Source: Thermoplasmataceae archaeon
GTDB taxonomy: Archaea > Thermoplasmatota > Thermoplasmata > Thermoplasmatales > Thermoplasmataceae
NCBI GenBank assembly: GCA_031961165.1
Contig: JAVRLU010000001.1
Coordinates: 10,636 to 74,635, forward strand
DNA: 64,000 bases
Direction of reading: 5' to 3'
This document shows, piece after piece, positions 1-10,851 of this stretch (position 1 is the stretch's first letter; each line of letters starts with the position of its first letter). The position numbers and the translations under genes were made by a program. The notes beneath the pieces were generated by a model. That model worked only from the letters and a program-made list of their open reading frames with translations. It did not search any database and was not told where the DNA came from.

Positions 1-2
1 TC

Positions 3-311
3 ACTGAAAGCGAGGAAAGGAGGAAAAACCTTGAAGTCAAAACTGCGGGCCAGGAAAAAAAGGAAGGTACACCAAGGCATCAGCAGGCAGTCCAAGTTCC
101 TTTGCTGCCCCCAGATGCCCTCTGGATAAGAAGCACCTGCCCTGAATGCGGAGGCATGACATTCCATGTAAAGGACAATATGTACCTGGAATGCGATCAC
201 TGTCACCATGTCCTTTCCCCGGGCGATACCGGTCCGTTCAACGTTAAAATAGATATCAATGGAAGGCCGCATATGGATACATACCAGGACTATACCTCTG
301 GAGGAATTTAG
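3..311 (+). CDS. 3' part of a protein ending in a zinc-ribbon (CPECGG...CDHCHH); reading frame is open to the left edge, so probably partial
   Basis: The frame of the 102..311 ORF has no stop back to nt 3, and the track start is TTG. Two Cys/His pairs are spaced like a zinc ribbon. Confidence 0.4.
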   Translation, partial: TESEERRKNLEVKTAGQEKKEGTPRHQQAVQVPLLPPDALWIRSTCPECGGMTFHVKDNMYLECDHCHHVLSPGDTGPFNVKIDINGRPHMDTYQDYTSGGI

Positions 312-495
312 GGATTCACACATTTAGCGTTCTTATTTCACTTGAATTTTTTATACCAAAGCATCGTATTTTGGCATGTTTTTGTTCTGATACAGGTTAA
401 TTCAAAGTGACGGCCTTTCCCAGTATTGAAAAAATATAAAATTTGAATGCTAGGGATGTAACAAATGTATTTATTGGAAATAACTATCTGGGCTT

Positions 496-672
496 ATGGT
501 ATATTATTTCAGATGCAAGGATTACGGCTTTGACTGTTCATACGAAATAGAGGAGGAAAAGAAGGAAGATATTGTACCACCTGTAAAAATGCACTTCAGG
601 TACGCCCACGGGATATATGACTTTACGGACGAGATAAAGAAAAAAGTAGAAGAAAGCATAAAAACAAAATAA
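496..672 (+). CDS. Small DUF1059-like protein (58 aa), below the ORF-track size cutoff
   Basis: Hand translation gives MVYYFRCKDYGFDCSYEIEEEKKEDIVPPVKMHFRYAHGIYDFTDEIKKKVEESIKTK. The pattern F-[RK]-C-K-D-x-G-x-D-C, followed by H..aH G and a helical tail, is typical of DUF1059. Confidence 0.55.
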   Translation: MVYYFRCKDYGFDCSYEIEEEKKEDIVPPVKMHFRYAHGIYDFTDEIKKKVEESIKTK

Positions 673-1327
673 TAATCCAGCCTGGATCTGCGAATTTTCT
701 GCTATTTTTCATTGATGCGATAATTAATGCACGGATCATCAAATTATGAGTTAACGGGATATACCTGGATTCCGAAAAATAAAAACGATGGATGATAAGT
801 GCAAATTAAACATTAAAATCATTAACTAATGATATAACCTCTGGATTTTACAACGGCGCACTTTCTAAATCCCAGCAATCTGCAGAATGCGTAACAGGAG
901 CATATTTAAGTGGTACCGTTTCGGATATATCCGGCGTTCTATTTCCTATTAATAAAAAGATCAGGATTTAATGATGAAATAATGAATACGGCTAAAATTG
1001 CCTGTAAATTTTATATTCCGAAAGGTAAACATATGCCCGGCCAGAAGTAATTCCGTCGTGATTGCATCTTTGAAGAAGGAACTGTTGGCGAATCATGAAC
1101 TTCCAGTGTCCTAGCAATGAGATGACGTCATTTCCATCCATTATAGATCGTGAGGGTATCGATATTAACGAGTGTTAATTCCAGCCATAGATCATTAGGC
1201 ATATATAAGATTCCTTAAATATCGGAATAAAGAAGGAGGCAAATATTCTGGCCCGAGCAAGATACTGGAGGAATCATGCAATGTACCGGGTATTTGATCA
1301 GACCGGATTCTGTTAAGAACGATACGG

Positions 1328-2038
1328 TCAGAAATTGATGGTTATCCTGTTACTGATCTTTCCTTTAATTTTACTTGTTTTATACTTTATCTCCCCAATT
1401 TCCCCGGTTTTTTTAACATGCGTTCCATAATCCGGCTGATACGGGAGATCACCTATGCCAACGAGCCTTATCTTATCCGTATCAAAATCTTCATGGGCCC
1501 CCAGAATTTTAAGGTCCTTATCGCCATTATATTCTTCGCGGGTTACATATTTTGTCTTTATTTCAATGTTATTTTTTACTATCGAGTTTGCCTCTTCCAT
1601 TAATTCCCTGACTTCATCGTCATTCATATCATCTTTTTCCACATCTATCCATGCCCTGTCATCATAGGTCTCATTTATTCTCGACGGGACCCCGAATTTT
1701 TTGTATGCTATTCCCGATATCACCTTCAAAGCGCTCCTGAACCTCATATGGACATAACGTGTATCCCAGTTGATCACCTGATGTATGGTTTTGCCGGCAA
1801 TACCCTGCGGGTATGTGTCAAGTGATATAAGGTGTATATATTCACCGTCATATATGACATCAACAATGCCGTATTCCTTTCCATCGATTATTATCTTCCC
1901 CGTGTCATTTGGCTGCCCATGGGTTGTAGGGTAAAATACGGATCGATCAACTGTCATATCGGTAAATTCAGAAAATATAACTTTTCCATCGCTTTCCTTC
2001 AAATATGAATCTTCAAGATACAATGCCTGTGTCTTCAT
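1328..2038 (-). CDS. AlaX-like protein (alanyl-tRNA synthetase editing-domain / tRNA_SAD family) with substituted zinc-ligand positions
   Basis: The N-terminal LYLEDSYL..F and C-terminal GTHVKKTGEIGEIK match the AlaX/AlaRS editing-domain pattern. ATG at 2038 is preceded by GGTGG; the track start at 2047 is GTG. Confidence 0.6.
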   Translation of the reverse strand: MKTQALYLEDSYLKESDGKVIFSEFTDMTVDRSVFYPTTHGQPNDTGKIIIDGKEYGIVDVIYDGEYIHLISLDTYPQGIAGKTIHQVINWDTRYVHMRFRSALKVISGIAYKKFGVPSRINETYDDRAWIDVEKDDMNDDEVRELMEEANSIVKNNIEIKTKYVTREEYNGDKDLKILGAHEDFDTDKIRLVGIGDLPYQPDYGTHVKKTGEIGEIKYKTSKIKGKISNRITINF

Positions 2039-2547
2039 TATAGCCACCGATTGATTAAATCCTTTGAATCACGATATACCCTGATTATATAAAAGTTAGT
2101 TATCATAAACACTTATTTTACGTTATTACGGATTTAGCTTAAAAGAAGCTGTTAACGAATTCATTTCAGGTTGCAGATAAAGAAAATTTTCAACTAAGGC
2201 TAAATTTCAAGCTTATTATTTATTTCTTAATTGCGGCGTAATCCTGAATCATGGCCTGCCTAGGGCCGCTGGTACATGAAAAATAAGCCCAAAATAAGGA
2301 CAGGCCAGTAAAACGGCAAAGCATCATGTATGCCAGGATATAGGAACTGCCCTTATGATCGTTTACAGTACTTATAATAGCAAAGGCAGTTTTGCATTAT
2401 TTTTCATCCTGCTTTATGCCCGGAAATTTGGAATAGATCATATATCCTTGAAGCGAAATTCCAGAAATAAGAAAAATGGATATGATACAGTGAAAACATG
2501 CACTGGTCATTGATTAACGTAATATATTACTTAGATATTCAATCCTT

Positions 2548-3822
2548 GTGTTTTCAAATCTTCAGTACCTGTATGATTTAAAGCGTGAAGGAATCAAATA
2601 CGATCTCTCAATAATGAGAAGATTTGCCGATGAGATGAATCATCCGGAGAACGATTTTAAAAGCTTTCATGTGACCGGATCGAATGGAAAAGGCTCGGTT
2701 TCAGCGTTCATATTTAACATAATGCGATCCTATGGCAGCACGGGGCTGTACACCTCTCCCCACCTTGTCAGGTTCAATGAGAGGATAATACTTGATGAGA
2801 GGCAGATACCGGACGAATACATGGATTCGTTTGTAGAGAACCTCAAAGGGACCATTGAATCACTGGCAAAGGAAAACCGGAATCCCACATTCTTTGAGGT
2901 AACCACGATGATGGCCTTCAAGTTCTTTTCAGAAATGAAGGCGGAATACGGATCGATAGAGGTTGGCCTCGGAGGCAGGCTTGATGCAACAAATATAATA
3001 AACCCCCTTGTGAGTGTTATAACACAGGTTGGATACGAGCATGCCGACAAACTCGGCTGTTCACTGTCGGCCATAGCAACTGAAAAGGCCGGGATAATCA
3101 AGCAGGGAAGGCCTGTGGTACTCCAGGACGATAAACCAGAAGTTATTTCAGCGGTCAAGCGAATAGCCACGCTGAAGAACTCGAATATGATAAGGCTGGA
3201 TCGGTCTAAAATAAAAAATTTGATCACAGACGAGAACGGTACGGCTTTCGACTTCGTAACGGATAATGACGAATACCATCTCAGCACCAGGGCCATAGGG
3301 GATTATCAGGCGCTTAATGCTGCAACGGCTATACTTGCAGTCGAGAATTCCGGAGTAAATTTCAGCAGAAAGGGCATTGAAGACGGCATTTCAAGGACCA
3401 TATGGCCTGGAAGGCTGGAAATACTGAGCAGGAACCCGCTAATCGTTATCGATGCTTCCCATAACCCGCCTGCAGCGAACCAGATGGTCAGATCCTTCAG
3501 GCGTGTATTCACAAGAAAGCCGATCCTGGTTATGGGCATGCTGTCAGACAAGGATGCCTATTCGTACCTTCACGTTTTGAGGCAGATATCAGACAGGATC
3601 ATATTCACAACGCCGGATGAAAAGGAAAGGGCGGTGGACCCGAGCGAACTGAACCGTCTTTACGGCCATCTCTTTTCTGAATCATCCGTCGTAAATGATC
3701 CTGTCGAGGCCCTGAAGAAAGCCGAAGAAAAAAGCGACTTCGTGTTTGTAACTGGATCAATTTATCTGATAGGTACTATAAAAGGATTGTATACAAATGA
3801 GGTCATGCCATTTATCTTATAA
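2548..3822 (+). CDS. folC: Folylpolyglutamate synthase / dihydrofolate synthase (Mur ligase family)
   Basis: Contains the P-loop VTGSNGKGSV and the motifs TSPHL..FNERI and EVGLGGRLDATN. The length of 424 aa fits. The start codon is GTG. Confidence 0.85.
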   Translation: MFSNLQYLYDLKREGIKYDLSIMRRFADEMNHPENDFKSFHVTGSNGKGSVSAFIFNIMRSYGSTGLYTSPHLVRFNERIILDERQIPDEYMDSFVENLKGTIESLAKENRNPTFFEVTTMMAFKFFSEMKAEYGSIEVGLGGRLDATNIINPLVSVITQVGYEHADKLGCSLSAIATEKAGIIKQGRPVVLQDDKPEVISAVKRIATLKNSNMIRLDRSKIKNLITDENGTAFDFVTDNDEYHLSTRAIGDYQALNAATAILAVENSGVNFSRKGIEDGISRTIWPGRLEILSRNPLIVIDASHNPPAANQMVRSFRRVFTRKPILVMGMLSDKDAYSYLHVLRQISDRIIFTTPDEKERAVDPSELNRLYGHLFSESSVVNDPVEALKKAEEKSDFVFVTGSIYLIGTIKGLYTNEVMPFIL

Positions 3823-4008
3823 AGCAGGGCGATGAAACGTATGATTTATTCCTGATCTGCACTCATAATGATGAACGTGGTTATGTATAACCGAAATATT
3901 TAAATACCATTAAATTGGATGGCAGATATATTATGAAGCCCTAAAAATCGCTTTGACGGTTAAAATTCAAAAGATTTTAGTAGTGTAGATCATTGATCAT
4001 GAATACCT

Positions 4009-5223
4009 ATGGTCAATCTCTTTTCAAAATTCTCTGGAACCCAAACTATCAAGGCCGATCTTTCGATGCTGGAGGAGAATTATATCCCCGATGAATTCCC
4101 GCACAGGGAAAAGCAGATAGAATCAATGGTAACGATTCTCAGCAGCATAATGAGAAATTCGAGGCCTTCAAACATAATCATCTATGGAAAGACAGGAACA
4201 GGAAAAACCTCCACTGCGAAGTATGTAACAAAAATGCTTACTGATGCAACGAGTTCAGTGAAGGTGCTCTATGTAAACTGTGAAATATATGATTCTCCTT
4301 ATTCAATTCTTGTTTACATTTCGAACGAGCTTCAGGGGGAAAAGGTACCGGAACTGGGGTGGCCTCTTGACAGGATATACCGGGAGATAGTTGAACGGCT
4401 GAACGCAAGTGGAAAATTCTTGATCATAGTGCTTGATGAAATGGACAGGCTTATAAAGAAAAGCGGTGGCGATTCCCTCTACGTGCTCCTGAAACTCATA
4501 AGCGACGTAAACGATGTGAAGGCATCGCTTATAGGCATAACAAACGATACAACATTGCTGGAGAACATAGATTCAAGGATCAAGAGCAGGCTCAACCAGG
4601 AGAGCATCATATTTCCCCCCTATAACGCACCTGAAATAAAGGATATAATAAAATCCAGGCTTGAGAAGGTCATCGATTTCAATATCATAGATGAAACTGC
4701 TATCAATCTCTGTGCCGCTATAGGCGCACAGGAACATGGTGATGCCAGGAAAGCCCTGGAACTTATAAGGATATCTATTGAAATAGCCATCAGGAATGGA
4801 AAGGAAAAGGTCTCGGAAAAAGAGGTGTACGAGGCAAGGGAAAAATATGAGATGAACGTTCTCCGCGAAGCAATCAATACCCTTCCGCTGCAGTCAAAGA
4901 TCGTGCTCCTGAGTGCCATAGTAACCCAGGAAATTGAACCGAATACGACGGTAACCGGGGAGATATATGAGAATTACAGGAGCATCTGCTCTGAACTTGG
5001 CTTTTCACCCCTTACCCCCAGGCGAATAAGTGATCTTCTTACGGAGCTCGCTGATTACGGCCTGATAATAATAAACGATAAAAATATGGGAAAATACGGA
5101 AGGACCCGTTCCATATCTGTTACAAGGGAACTGGGTTCAATGAAAAAATACCTTATCGAGGACGAGAACCTGTCCATGTTCAACGGTTCAAAGATAACGA
5201 AGCAGGCCAGGTTTGAAACCTGA
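4009..5223 (+). CDS. cdc6: Orc1/Cdc6 replication initiator, paralog 1
   Basis: Has AAA+ Walker A YGKTGTGKTS and Walker B IIVLDEMD, plus a C-terminal winged-helix region. Length is 404 aa. Confidence 0.9.
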   Translation: MVNLFSKFSGTQTIKADLSMLEENYIPDEFPHREKQIESMVTILSSIMRNSRPSNIIIYGKTGTGKTSTAKYVTKMLTDATSSVKVLYVNCEIYDSPYSILVYISNELQGEKVPELGWPLDRIYREIVERLNASGKFLIIVLDEMDRLIKKSGGDSLYVLLKLISDVNDVKASLIGITNDTTLLENIDSRIKSRLNQESIIFPPYNAPEIKDIIKSRLEKVIDFNIIDETAINLCAAIGAQEHGDARKALELIRISIEIAIRNGKEKVSEKEVYEAREKYEMNVLREAINTLPLQSKIVLLSAIVTQEIEPNTTVTGEIYENYRSICSELGFSPLTPRRISDLLTELADYGLIIINDKNMGKYGRTRSISVTRELGSMKKYLIEDENLSMFNGSKITKQARFET

Positions 5224-5433
5224 TCCAAACGGGAACGGCGGAATTTTTATGATGGCGATCGGGAATGCTTTTCCGATCATTATCAGCGTATCCGGTTCTC
5301 TTTACCCATGATTCCTGAACCAGGATATTATTAAAAATCCAATATCTGTACAGTTATATACAAATGCAGTTTCTATATGATGTATCAATCATCCATGCAT
5401 ATTCGATCTCCTTTAAATAACAGGTACGCCAGG

Positions 5434-5465
5434 ATAACGGATTTATCAGAAAAATGATCCGTTAT
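5434..5465. terminator. Perfect 9-bp inverted repeat (ATAACGGAT / ATCCGTTAT, 14-nt loop) followed by a T-run, lying between the convergent cdc6 and gdhA genes
   Basis: Read directly from the sequence. It sits in the 378-bp spacer between the two convergent 3' ends. Confidence 0.3.
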
Positions 5466-5601
5466 TTTATTAAGGAAAAGATCTTAAGGCCTTTTTGCCG
5501 GATCTGATATGGCTATACTATTGTAAAATCAATAAATAATGCGAAAAGGAATATCAAAACCAGAATTAAACTACTTTAAAAAATTGGAAATGGGAATGGT
5601 T

Positions 5602-6852
5602 TCAGAACCATCCTCTTATCTTCATTGCGTCAACGACTTTCTTTACAGATATGGAGTATGCCGCAGTCCTCGGGTTCACTTTGAATTTATCCATTACGTC
5701 AAATACTTCGTGGGCTGCCTTCGTGAGCTTGCGGTCAAGCTTGTCGTATACCTCGTCGACTGTCCAGTATTCCCCGTAGTTGTTCTGCACCCATTCAAAG
5801 TACGATACGATAACGCCGCCGGAGTTTGAAAGGAAGTCCGGGAGATCAAGAACGCCTTTCTTGTAGAGTATTTCATCTGCATCAGGTGTTGTAGGCCCGT
5901 TTGCAAGCTCAAGAACTATCTTAGCCTTGACATTTGCGGCATTCTTCCCGGTTATCTGTTCTTCAATAGCAGCCGGTATAAGAACATCAACGTTTGTCTC
6001 CAAAAGCTGCTCGTTTGTTATTGCCTTCGCCCCGGGATACCCGGCAACAGTTCCGGCCTTCTTTGCGTAGGCAAGAAGATCCTCAAATTTGAATCCATCC
6101 TCGTTGTAAATTCCGCCCCTTATATCTGAAACGGCAACTACCTTTGCGTGGAACATTTCAGTCATGAATTTTACTGCGAACTGGCCGGCATTTCCAAAGC
6201 CCTGCACTGCAACGGTTGCCTTTGAAAGATCCAGGCCGATTCTCTTCGCTCCCTCACGTAGAACGTACATTCCTCCCTTCGCGGTGGAATCATTTCTTCC
6301 AAGGGATCCTCCGATTTCAACGGGCTTTCCTGTTATGAGATTTGGTGCTGAGTGCCTCACGATGTTTTCGTATTCATCGAGCATCCAGGCCATTATCTGC
6401 GGGTTAGTGTTCACATCTGGCGCCGGCACATCGACTTCAGGACCTATAAAATCTGCAATTGCCCTGATGTAACCCCTGCTGAGCCTTTCAAGCTCGGCTT
6501 TGCTGAGTTTTTCAGGATCACAGATGATCCCTCCCTTGGATCCTCCGAACGGCAGGTCTACAATTGCGGTTTTCCATGTCATCCAGGCCGAAAGCGCCTT
6601 TATTGTGGAAAGGGTCTCAGTCGGGTAAAACCTAATTCCGCCTTTTGCCGGTCCCCTGGCCGTGTTGTACCTGACCCTAAATCCGGTGAAAACTTTTGTT
6701 TCCCCGTTATCCATCTTTACAGGTATACTGACTTGCAATATCTTTTCCGGCTGGCTGAGCAATTCTAAAGCCGTCTTGTCCAAGTTCATAACCTTGGCTG
6801 CTTTGTTAAGCTGCTCAAGTGCAATTTCAAATGGGTCCATATTTTCTGCCAT
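5602..6852 (-). CDS. gdhA: Glutamate dehydrogenase
   Basis: Contains GGx[10 protein letters not shown] and GFGNAG (Rossmann) motifs. I prefer ATG at 6852 ([11 protein letters not shown]...) over the track's TTG at 6891. Confidence 0.93.
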   Translation of the reverse strand: MAENMDPFEIALEQLNKAAKVMNLDKTALELLSQPEKILQVSIPVKMDNGETKVFTGFRVRYNTARGPAKGGIRFYPTETLSTIKALSAWMTWKTAIVDLPFGGSKGGIICDPEKLSKAELERLSRGYIRAIADFIGPEVDVPAPDVNTNPQIMAWMLDEYENIVRHSAPNLITGKPVEIGGSLGRNDSTAKGGMYVLREGAKRIGLDLSKATVAVQGFGNAGQFAVKFMTEMFHAKVVAVSDIRGGIYNEDGFKFEDLLAYAKKAGTVAGYPGAKAITNEQLLETNVDVLIPAAIEEQITGKNAANVKAKIVLELANGPTTPDADEILYKKGVLDLPDFLSNSGGVIVSYFEWVQNNYGEYWTVDEVYDKLDRKLTKAAHEVFDVMDKFKVNPRTAAYSISVKKVVDAMKIRGWF

Positions 6853-6923
6853 ATATAAACCACTGCCTTTTAAGGCACCTGATAATCCCAACGATATAAT
6901 TTAAGTTTATTTGAGAATATTTA

Positions 6924-9620
6924 TCACGCTATTACGATTACAGGTCTCCCGGGTATCGCTATCTTTTTCTCATATACGCTGCCCTCGGAAACGTTTACCC
7001 TTGAATCAAATATACTCTCAATGTAGGCCTTATTTTTCATTATCATTTCGTATTCGCTGAATTCCTGGAACCTTATTTCCCTCCTGTGCTTTGCTATGAA
7101 CGGTACAAATTTTTTATCCTCTTCGTCCAGTTTTCCCTCGATGAAATCGTGGCATGCCTTAACTACGGATCTGTCAGCGGTAATTATCGTAATTTCCCTT
7201 GGCTTTATTTTAGCAACTTCAGCAATTTCCTTTATATCAGAGATCACCTGGTCAATGTAATCCAGGACACCATAAAATGAATCGGCGGACATACCGTATT
7301 TCTGTATCATTCTTTCGTAATTCGAGACAGGATTATCATCGATACAGGCTATGCTTACAAAACTGTCTTCGATATAATTATGCCATAATTCCTCCGTTGT
7401 ATGCGGAATCACCGGGGTCAGGGCGATAAGCCAGTCCCTGATTATGCAATCGATTACTAAATCGCGGTTTCCGCCCCTTGATTCGAGCGTTTTTATATCA
7501 TTCAGAACGCCATAAAATATGTCGATGTAGGCATCCCTTATAACGAAATGATCCATTGCAGACATATACCTTTTCAGTCTCACGGCAAACCTTGCAATGA
7601 ACCATGCATCAATGAAACTCATCTCCCCCTCGGTTCTCTTATGGGCGAACATTATTTCCTTAAACTCATTGAATCTTTTAACGACAGATGAAAGATCGCC
7701 CTCATTCCAGTCCATGGCTGAAGATATGTCTGCCTGCACGGCTACGTAAAGCCTGTACACATCCGCCGAGTATCTTTTAGCGATCTCAAGAAGCGATATC
7801 ACATTTCCCTTGCTTTTGGATATCTTTGCGCCGTTTGAAACCACAAGGCCGGATATGATGATGCCTCCCGGCCAGAATTTCTCAGGGAATATGGCCGCGT
7901 GGTTCATTATGTAAAACGATATGTGGTTTGATACGTGCGGTATTGCGGTGAGGCGTATGTCCACTGGGTACCAGTAGTTGAATTCTTCCTTTGCCATCAA
8001 GGAAACATCCTGGGGCTTTACAGTCCCGCCATCAAAGATAAAATCCAGAACTTTATCGTCCAGATTCCCGTTCCTGTATATCTCTTCAAGCTTCCTTGAA
8101 CATGTGTAAACCGCCGGGTATATTGTTGAATCCGAGAGAGATTCTATGACCCACCTCTCATCGAACGGGAGTTTTGTTCCCAGGCCCCTTCTCCTTGCGG
8201 CGGGCCTTTCCTTCAGCCAGTCTATGGCATCATGAAGGATCTTCCTGTACATTTCAGGATATACCGTTATTTCATCGATCATCCTGTGCGATTCATCTTT
8301 CAGCCACTTCTGCGAATAATCGATGAACCACTGGTCGGGCAGCACTGCAACTATGACCCTGGATCCGGATCTCGTGACAGCCTTGCGGGATGTCTCGTAG
8401 AATACGAATGCATTCCCTGCACTGATCATATCCGAAGCCATCTTCTTCCTTGCTTCCTGGACGGTGAGTCCCGTGTACGGTCCTGAGTTGATCAGCTTTC
8501 CGTAATAGAACTCGTCCCTGTAAAGATCCTTGGTTGCGGAATCGAGTCCTTCGGCCGTTTCCATGCTGTAGGACGACATGACCATGGATATCTTCGATCT
8601 AGACTGTATGACAACGGGCAAATCCTGATTTTTAAACATTTTATCATAATAGATGCGATCGTATACCGAGTGTGAAGGGACCGAATAAACTATCCCTGTG
8701 CCATTGTCAGGATCCACGAAGCTTGCCGCATATACCTTCAGGCTGCGGCCCGTTTCCGGAGAAATAAACTCCCTGCTGAGTATCTCTTCCCTGTTGATGT
8801 CCGCTATGAATTCAACTCCCGGGTTCTGGAGGGAAATTTTCTGGAAGCCCTCCCTCGATGATACCAGGACATTATTGCCCATCCTGAACTTGACATATTC
8901 GCCATGTTCGCTTATCCAGAGATTCGTTATTCCGTAAACAGTTTCCGGCCTGAGGGAGGCGGCGACCAGGCAGAAGGCATCGTTCCTGAATATTACTGCC
9001 GTGAATTCCTCAATCGTAACCTTGTCCGTGTCCCCGTCCTTTATGTCATCTTCACCGACGGCATTCTCATCGTTTATACTATATAGTATCGGATACCTGT
9101 CCTGCTTAATGAGCCCTTCAGAATGCAGTTTCCTGAATTGCCACTGCACGAATTTCTGGTAGAATTCGTCTGCAGATGTGAACTGCCTGCTCCAGTCAAT
9201 GGAATACCCGAGCCTCTTGAAATCGTGAACGATCGCGTTTGAAAAATAATCTGCTATGTTCTTTGGATCCTTGAAACTTTCTATAAGGGAATCAACGTTC
9301 TGATCATCATATTCGCCAACGTAGCTCCTGTAAAGATCGATAGTGGACTTATCACCGCTGCGTATCCTCTCCGAAAATGCAAGGATAGGTGTCCCGCTCT
9401 GGTGGAATCCCATAGGGAACAGAACATTGTAGCCTCTTGCCCTTTTGTATCTTGCAATGATATCGCCCAGGGTGTATGTCCTGCCATGGCCCACGTGAAG
9501 TGATCCGTTTGTGTAAGGCCACGGGACAGTTATCATGAATTTTTTCCTGTTTTTCACCTTCGGCTCAAATATCTTCGCTTCTTCCCATTTTTTCTCCCAT
9601 TTCTCTTCTATGTCGTCCAT
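6924..9620 (-). CDS. leuS: Leucyl-tRNA synthetase (archaeal type)
   Basis: Has HIGH-type HVGHGRTY and KMSKS-type KISKSKGN. I prefer ATG at 9620 (MDDIEEKWEKKW). The track start at 9677 would overlap pdaD by 40 nt. Confidence 0.93.
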   Translation of the reverse strand: MDDIEEKWEKKWEEAKIFEPKVKNRKKFMITVPWPYTNGSLHVGHGRTYTLGDIIARYKRARGYNVLFPMGFHQSGTPILAFSERIRSGDKSTIDLYRSYVGEYDDQNVDSLIESFKDPKNIADYFSNAIVHDFKRLGYSIDWSRQFTSADEFYQKFVQWQFRKLHSEGLIKQDRYPILYSINDENAVGEDDIKDGDTDKVTIEEFTAVIFRNDAFCLVAASLRPETVYGITNLWISEHGEYVKFRMGNNVLVSSREGFQKISLQNPGVEFIADINREEILSREFISPETGRSLKVYAASFVDPDNGTGIVYSVPSHSVYDRIYYDKMFKNQDLPVVIQSRSKISMVMSSYSMETAEGLDSATKDLYRDEFYYGKLINSGPYTGLTVQEARKKMASDMISAGNAFVFYETSRKAVTRSGSRVIVAVLPDQWFIDYSQKWLKDESHRMIDEITVYPEMYRKILHDAIDWLKERPAARRRGLGTKLPFDERWVIESLSDSTIYPAVYTCSRKLEEIYRNGNLDDKVLDFIFDGGTVKPQDVSLMAKEEFNYWYPVDIRLTAIPHVSNHISFYIMNHAAIFPEKFWPGGIIISGLVVSNGAKISKSKGNVISLLEIAKRYSADVYRLYVAVQADISSAMDWNEGDLSSVVKRFNEFKEIMFAHKRTEGEMSFIDAWFIARFAVRLKRYMSAMDHFVIRDAYIDIFYGVLNDIKTLESRGGNRDLVIDCIIRDWLIALTPVIPHTTEELWHNYIEDSFVSIACIDDNPVSNYERMIQKYGMSADSFYGVLDYIDQVISDIKEIAEVAKIKPREITIITADRSVVKACHDFIEGKLDEEDKKFVPFIAKHRREIRFQEFSEYEMIMKNKAYIESIFDSRVNVSEGSVYEKKIAIPGRPVIVIA

Positions 9621-9637
9621 TTCATCACTCAAGCAAT

Positions 9638-10183
9638 TTAAACAATCAGCACGGCAGCCGCCACTGTAGTTGTCCATTCACCCGGATCCAGAACAACCGC
9701 TGTGGCACATATGTTACCGGTAGTGAGTATCTTGTCCTCAAGAACGTATTCCTCCCGTTCCCTGTCATATTTCAGGTTTGATGCCGGCCCGAATGTGCTC
9801 GCCAGCATTTCAGCAGCAAGTTTTTCAGCAAAGGATCCCGCAACCTTTTCAGTTTCACCGAAACTATGATGCTCGCTCAGGTATCCCCACTTGCTCTTAT
9901 CCTTCGGTATGGCATATCCTATGGCCGAGGATATCATTCTGTTCAGCTCGTTTGACGTGTTTCTTGCAAGAACAGTAAAGGCAATTTCACCCGGGCTCAT
10001 CTTTTTGAGGCCGTCGTCCCTGTCAACCATCTTAGCATAAGGAGGGAAGATCGAACTTATACTTGAAAGGTTGAATTTAGCGATACCCGCATCCCTCAGT
10101 GCAGCTTCAAAGGACTCTAATTGCGTTTCACCTCTCCCTACACCCCGTGTAAAGAATATTTCAGTCGGAAGTAGACCTGGCAT
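9638..10183 (-). CDS. pdaD: Pyruvoyl-dependent arginine decarboxylase
   Basis: The sequence [39 protein letters not shown] matches the PdaD family, including the self-cleavage Ser region. Length is 181 aa. Confidence 0.88.
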   Translation of the reverse strand: MPGLLPTEIFFTRGVGRGETQLESFEAALRDAGIAKFNLSSISSIFPPYAKMVDRDDGLKKMSPGEIAFTVLARNTSNELNRMISSAIGYAIPKDKSKWGYLSEHHSFGETEKVAGSFAEKLAAEMLASTFGPASNLKYDREREEYVLEDKILTTGNICATAVVLDPGEWTTTVAAAVLIV

Positions 10184-10330
10184 AAAAGTTCATATTAAAT
10201 CTATTTATATTGTTTTGCATTTCTAATTCGGTTTATCTTTTAAACAGACCGCAGATAACTGAAATTTTCTTAAAGATAATTGTAGACGTAACAACAGGCA
10301 CGCATAAATGCTGAAATATGGCGATAATGC

Positions 10331-10750
10331 CTAAAGATCAAATATTATCCTGGCAAAGCCCTCCTCAGGTTTCACGGTGATTTCATCATAAGTTACTGCT
10401 TTTATCACATTTTTATACTCTACGTTTTCTGGAATGTCCGTACCGTACAGATAAGCATCAAGGCTTCCATCCTGGTATTTTGAAGAGGCATGATAATATA
10501 TAACGTAATATGTATCTATGAAAAACAGGACCCTTGAAAGAAGGTTCACCATAACTTCTTCGGGCGTTTTCCCTGTTATGATTTCGTGCATTTTCTTGTC
10601 TTCCTTCAGCGCGGAAACATCGAGAATAATATCGGCCATAGCATATACAGCATTTGAAAAAAGCTCATCATACGTCTTGCCGTAAACGAGAATGCCAACG
10701 TCACTTTCATGGTCGACTATTTTGTATGTCAATAAAAGGTAATGCTTCAA
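10331..10750 (-). CDS. Archease
   Basis: Contains DHESDVGILVYGKTYDELFSNA near the N-terminus (archease DHxADxG pattern) and ends in KAVTYDEITV. Length is about 139 aa. The start codon is TTG and is uncertain. Confidence 0.75.
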   Translation of the reverse strand: MKHYLLLTYKIVDHESDVGILVYGKTYDELFSNAVYAMADIILDVSALKEDKKMHEIITGKTPEEVMVNLLSRVLFFIDTYYVIYYHASSKYQDGSLDAYLYGTDIPENVEYKNVIKAVTYDEITVKPEEGFARIIFDL

Positions 10751-10851
10751 AAGAATAAAAGAATTTTCTTGGCTTGGGGATATAAGGATGAATGAAATTT
10801 AAAAAAATATTTGAAATTGCAGCCTAAATATGATGGAATCTATCAAAAAAA

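Noticed and set aside
2220-2510. Minus-strand small hydrophobic ORF (MTSACFHCIISIFLISGISLQGYMIYSKFPGIKQDEK) that continues in the same frame after a single TAA into another 58 codons
   Set aside because: It could be a disrupted small membrane protein. It has no recognisable family and lies in a 500-bp promoter-like spacer, so the evidence is too weak to call a gene or pseudogene.
9621-9677. N-terminal 19-codon extension of leuS ([19 protein letters not shown]) overlapping pdaD by 40 nt
   Set aside because: The internal ATG at 9620 gives the conserved LeuRS N-terminus (MDDIEEKWEKKW) and removes the overlap, so the extension is probably not translated.
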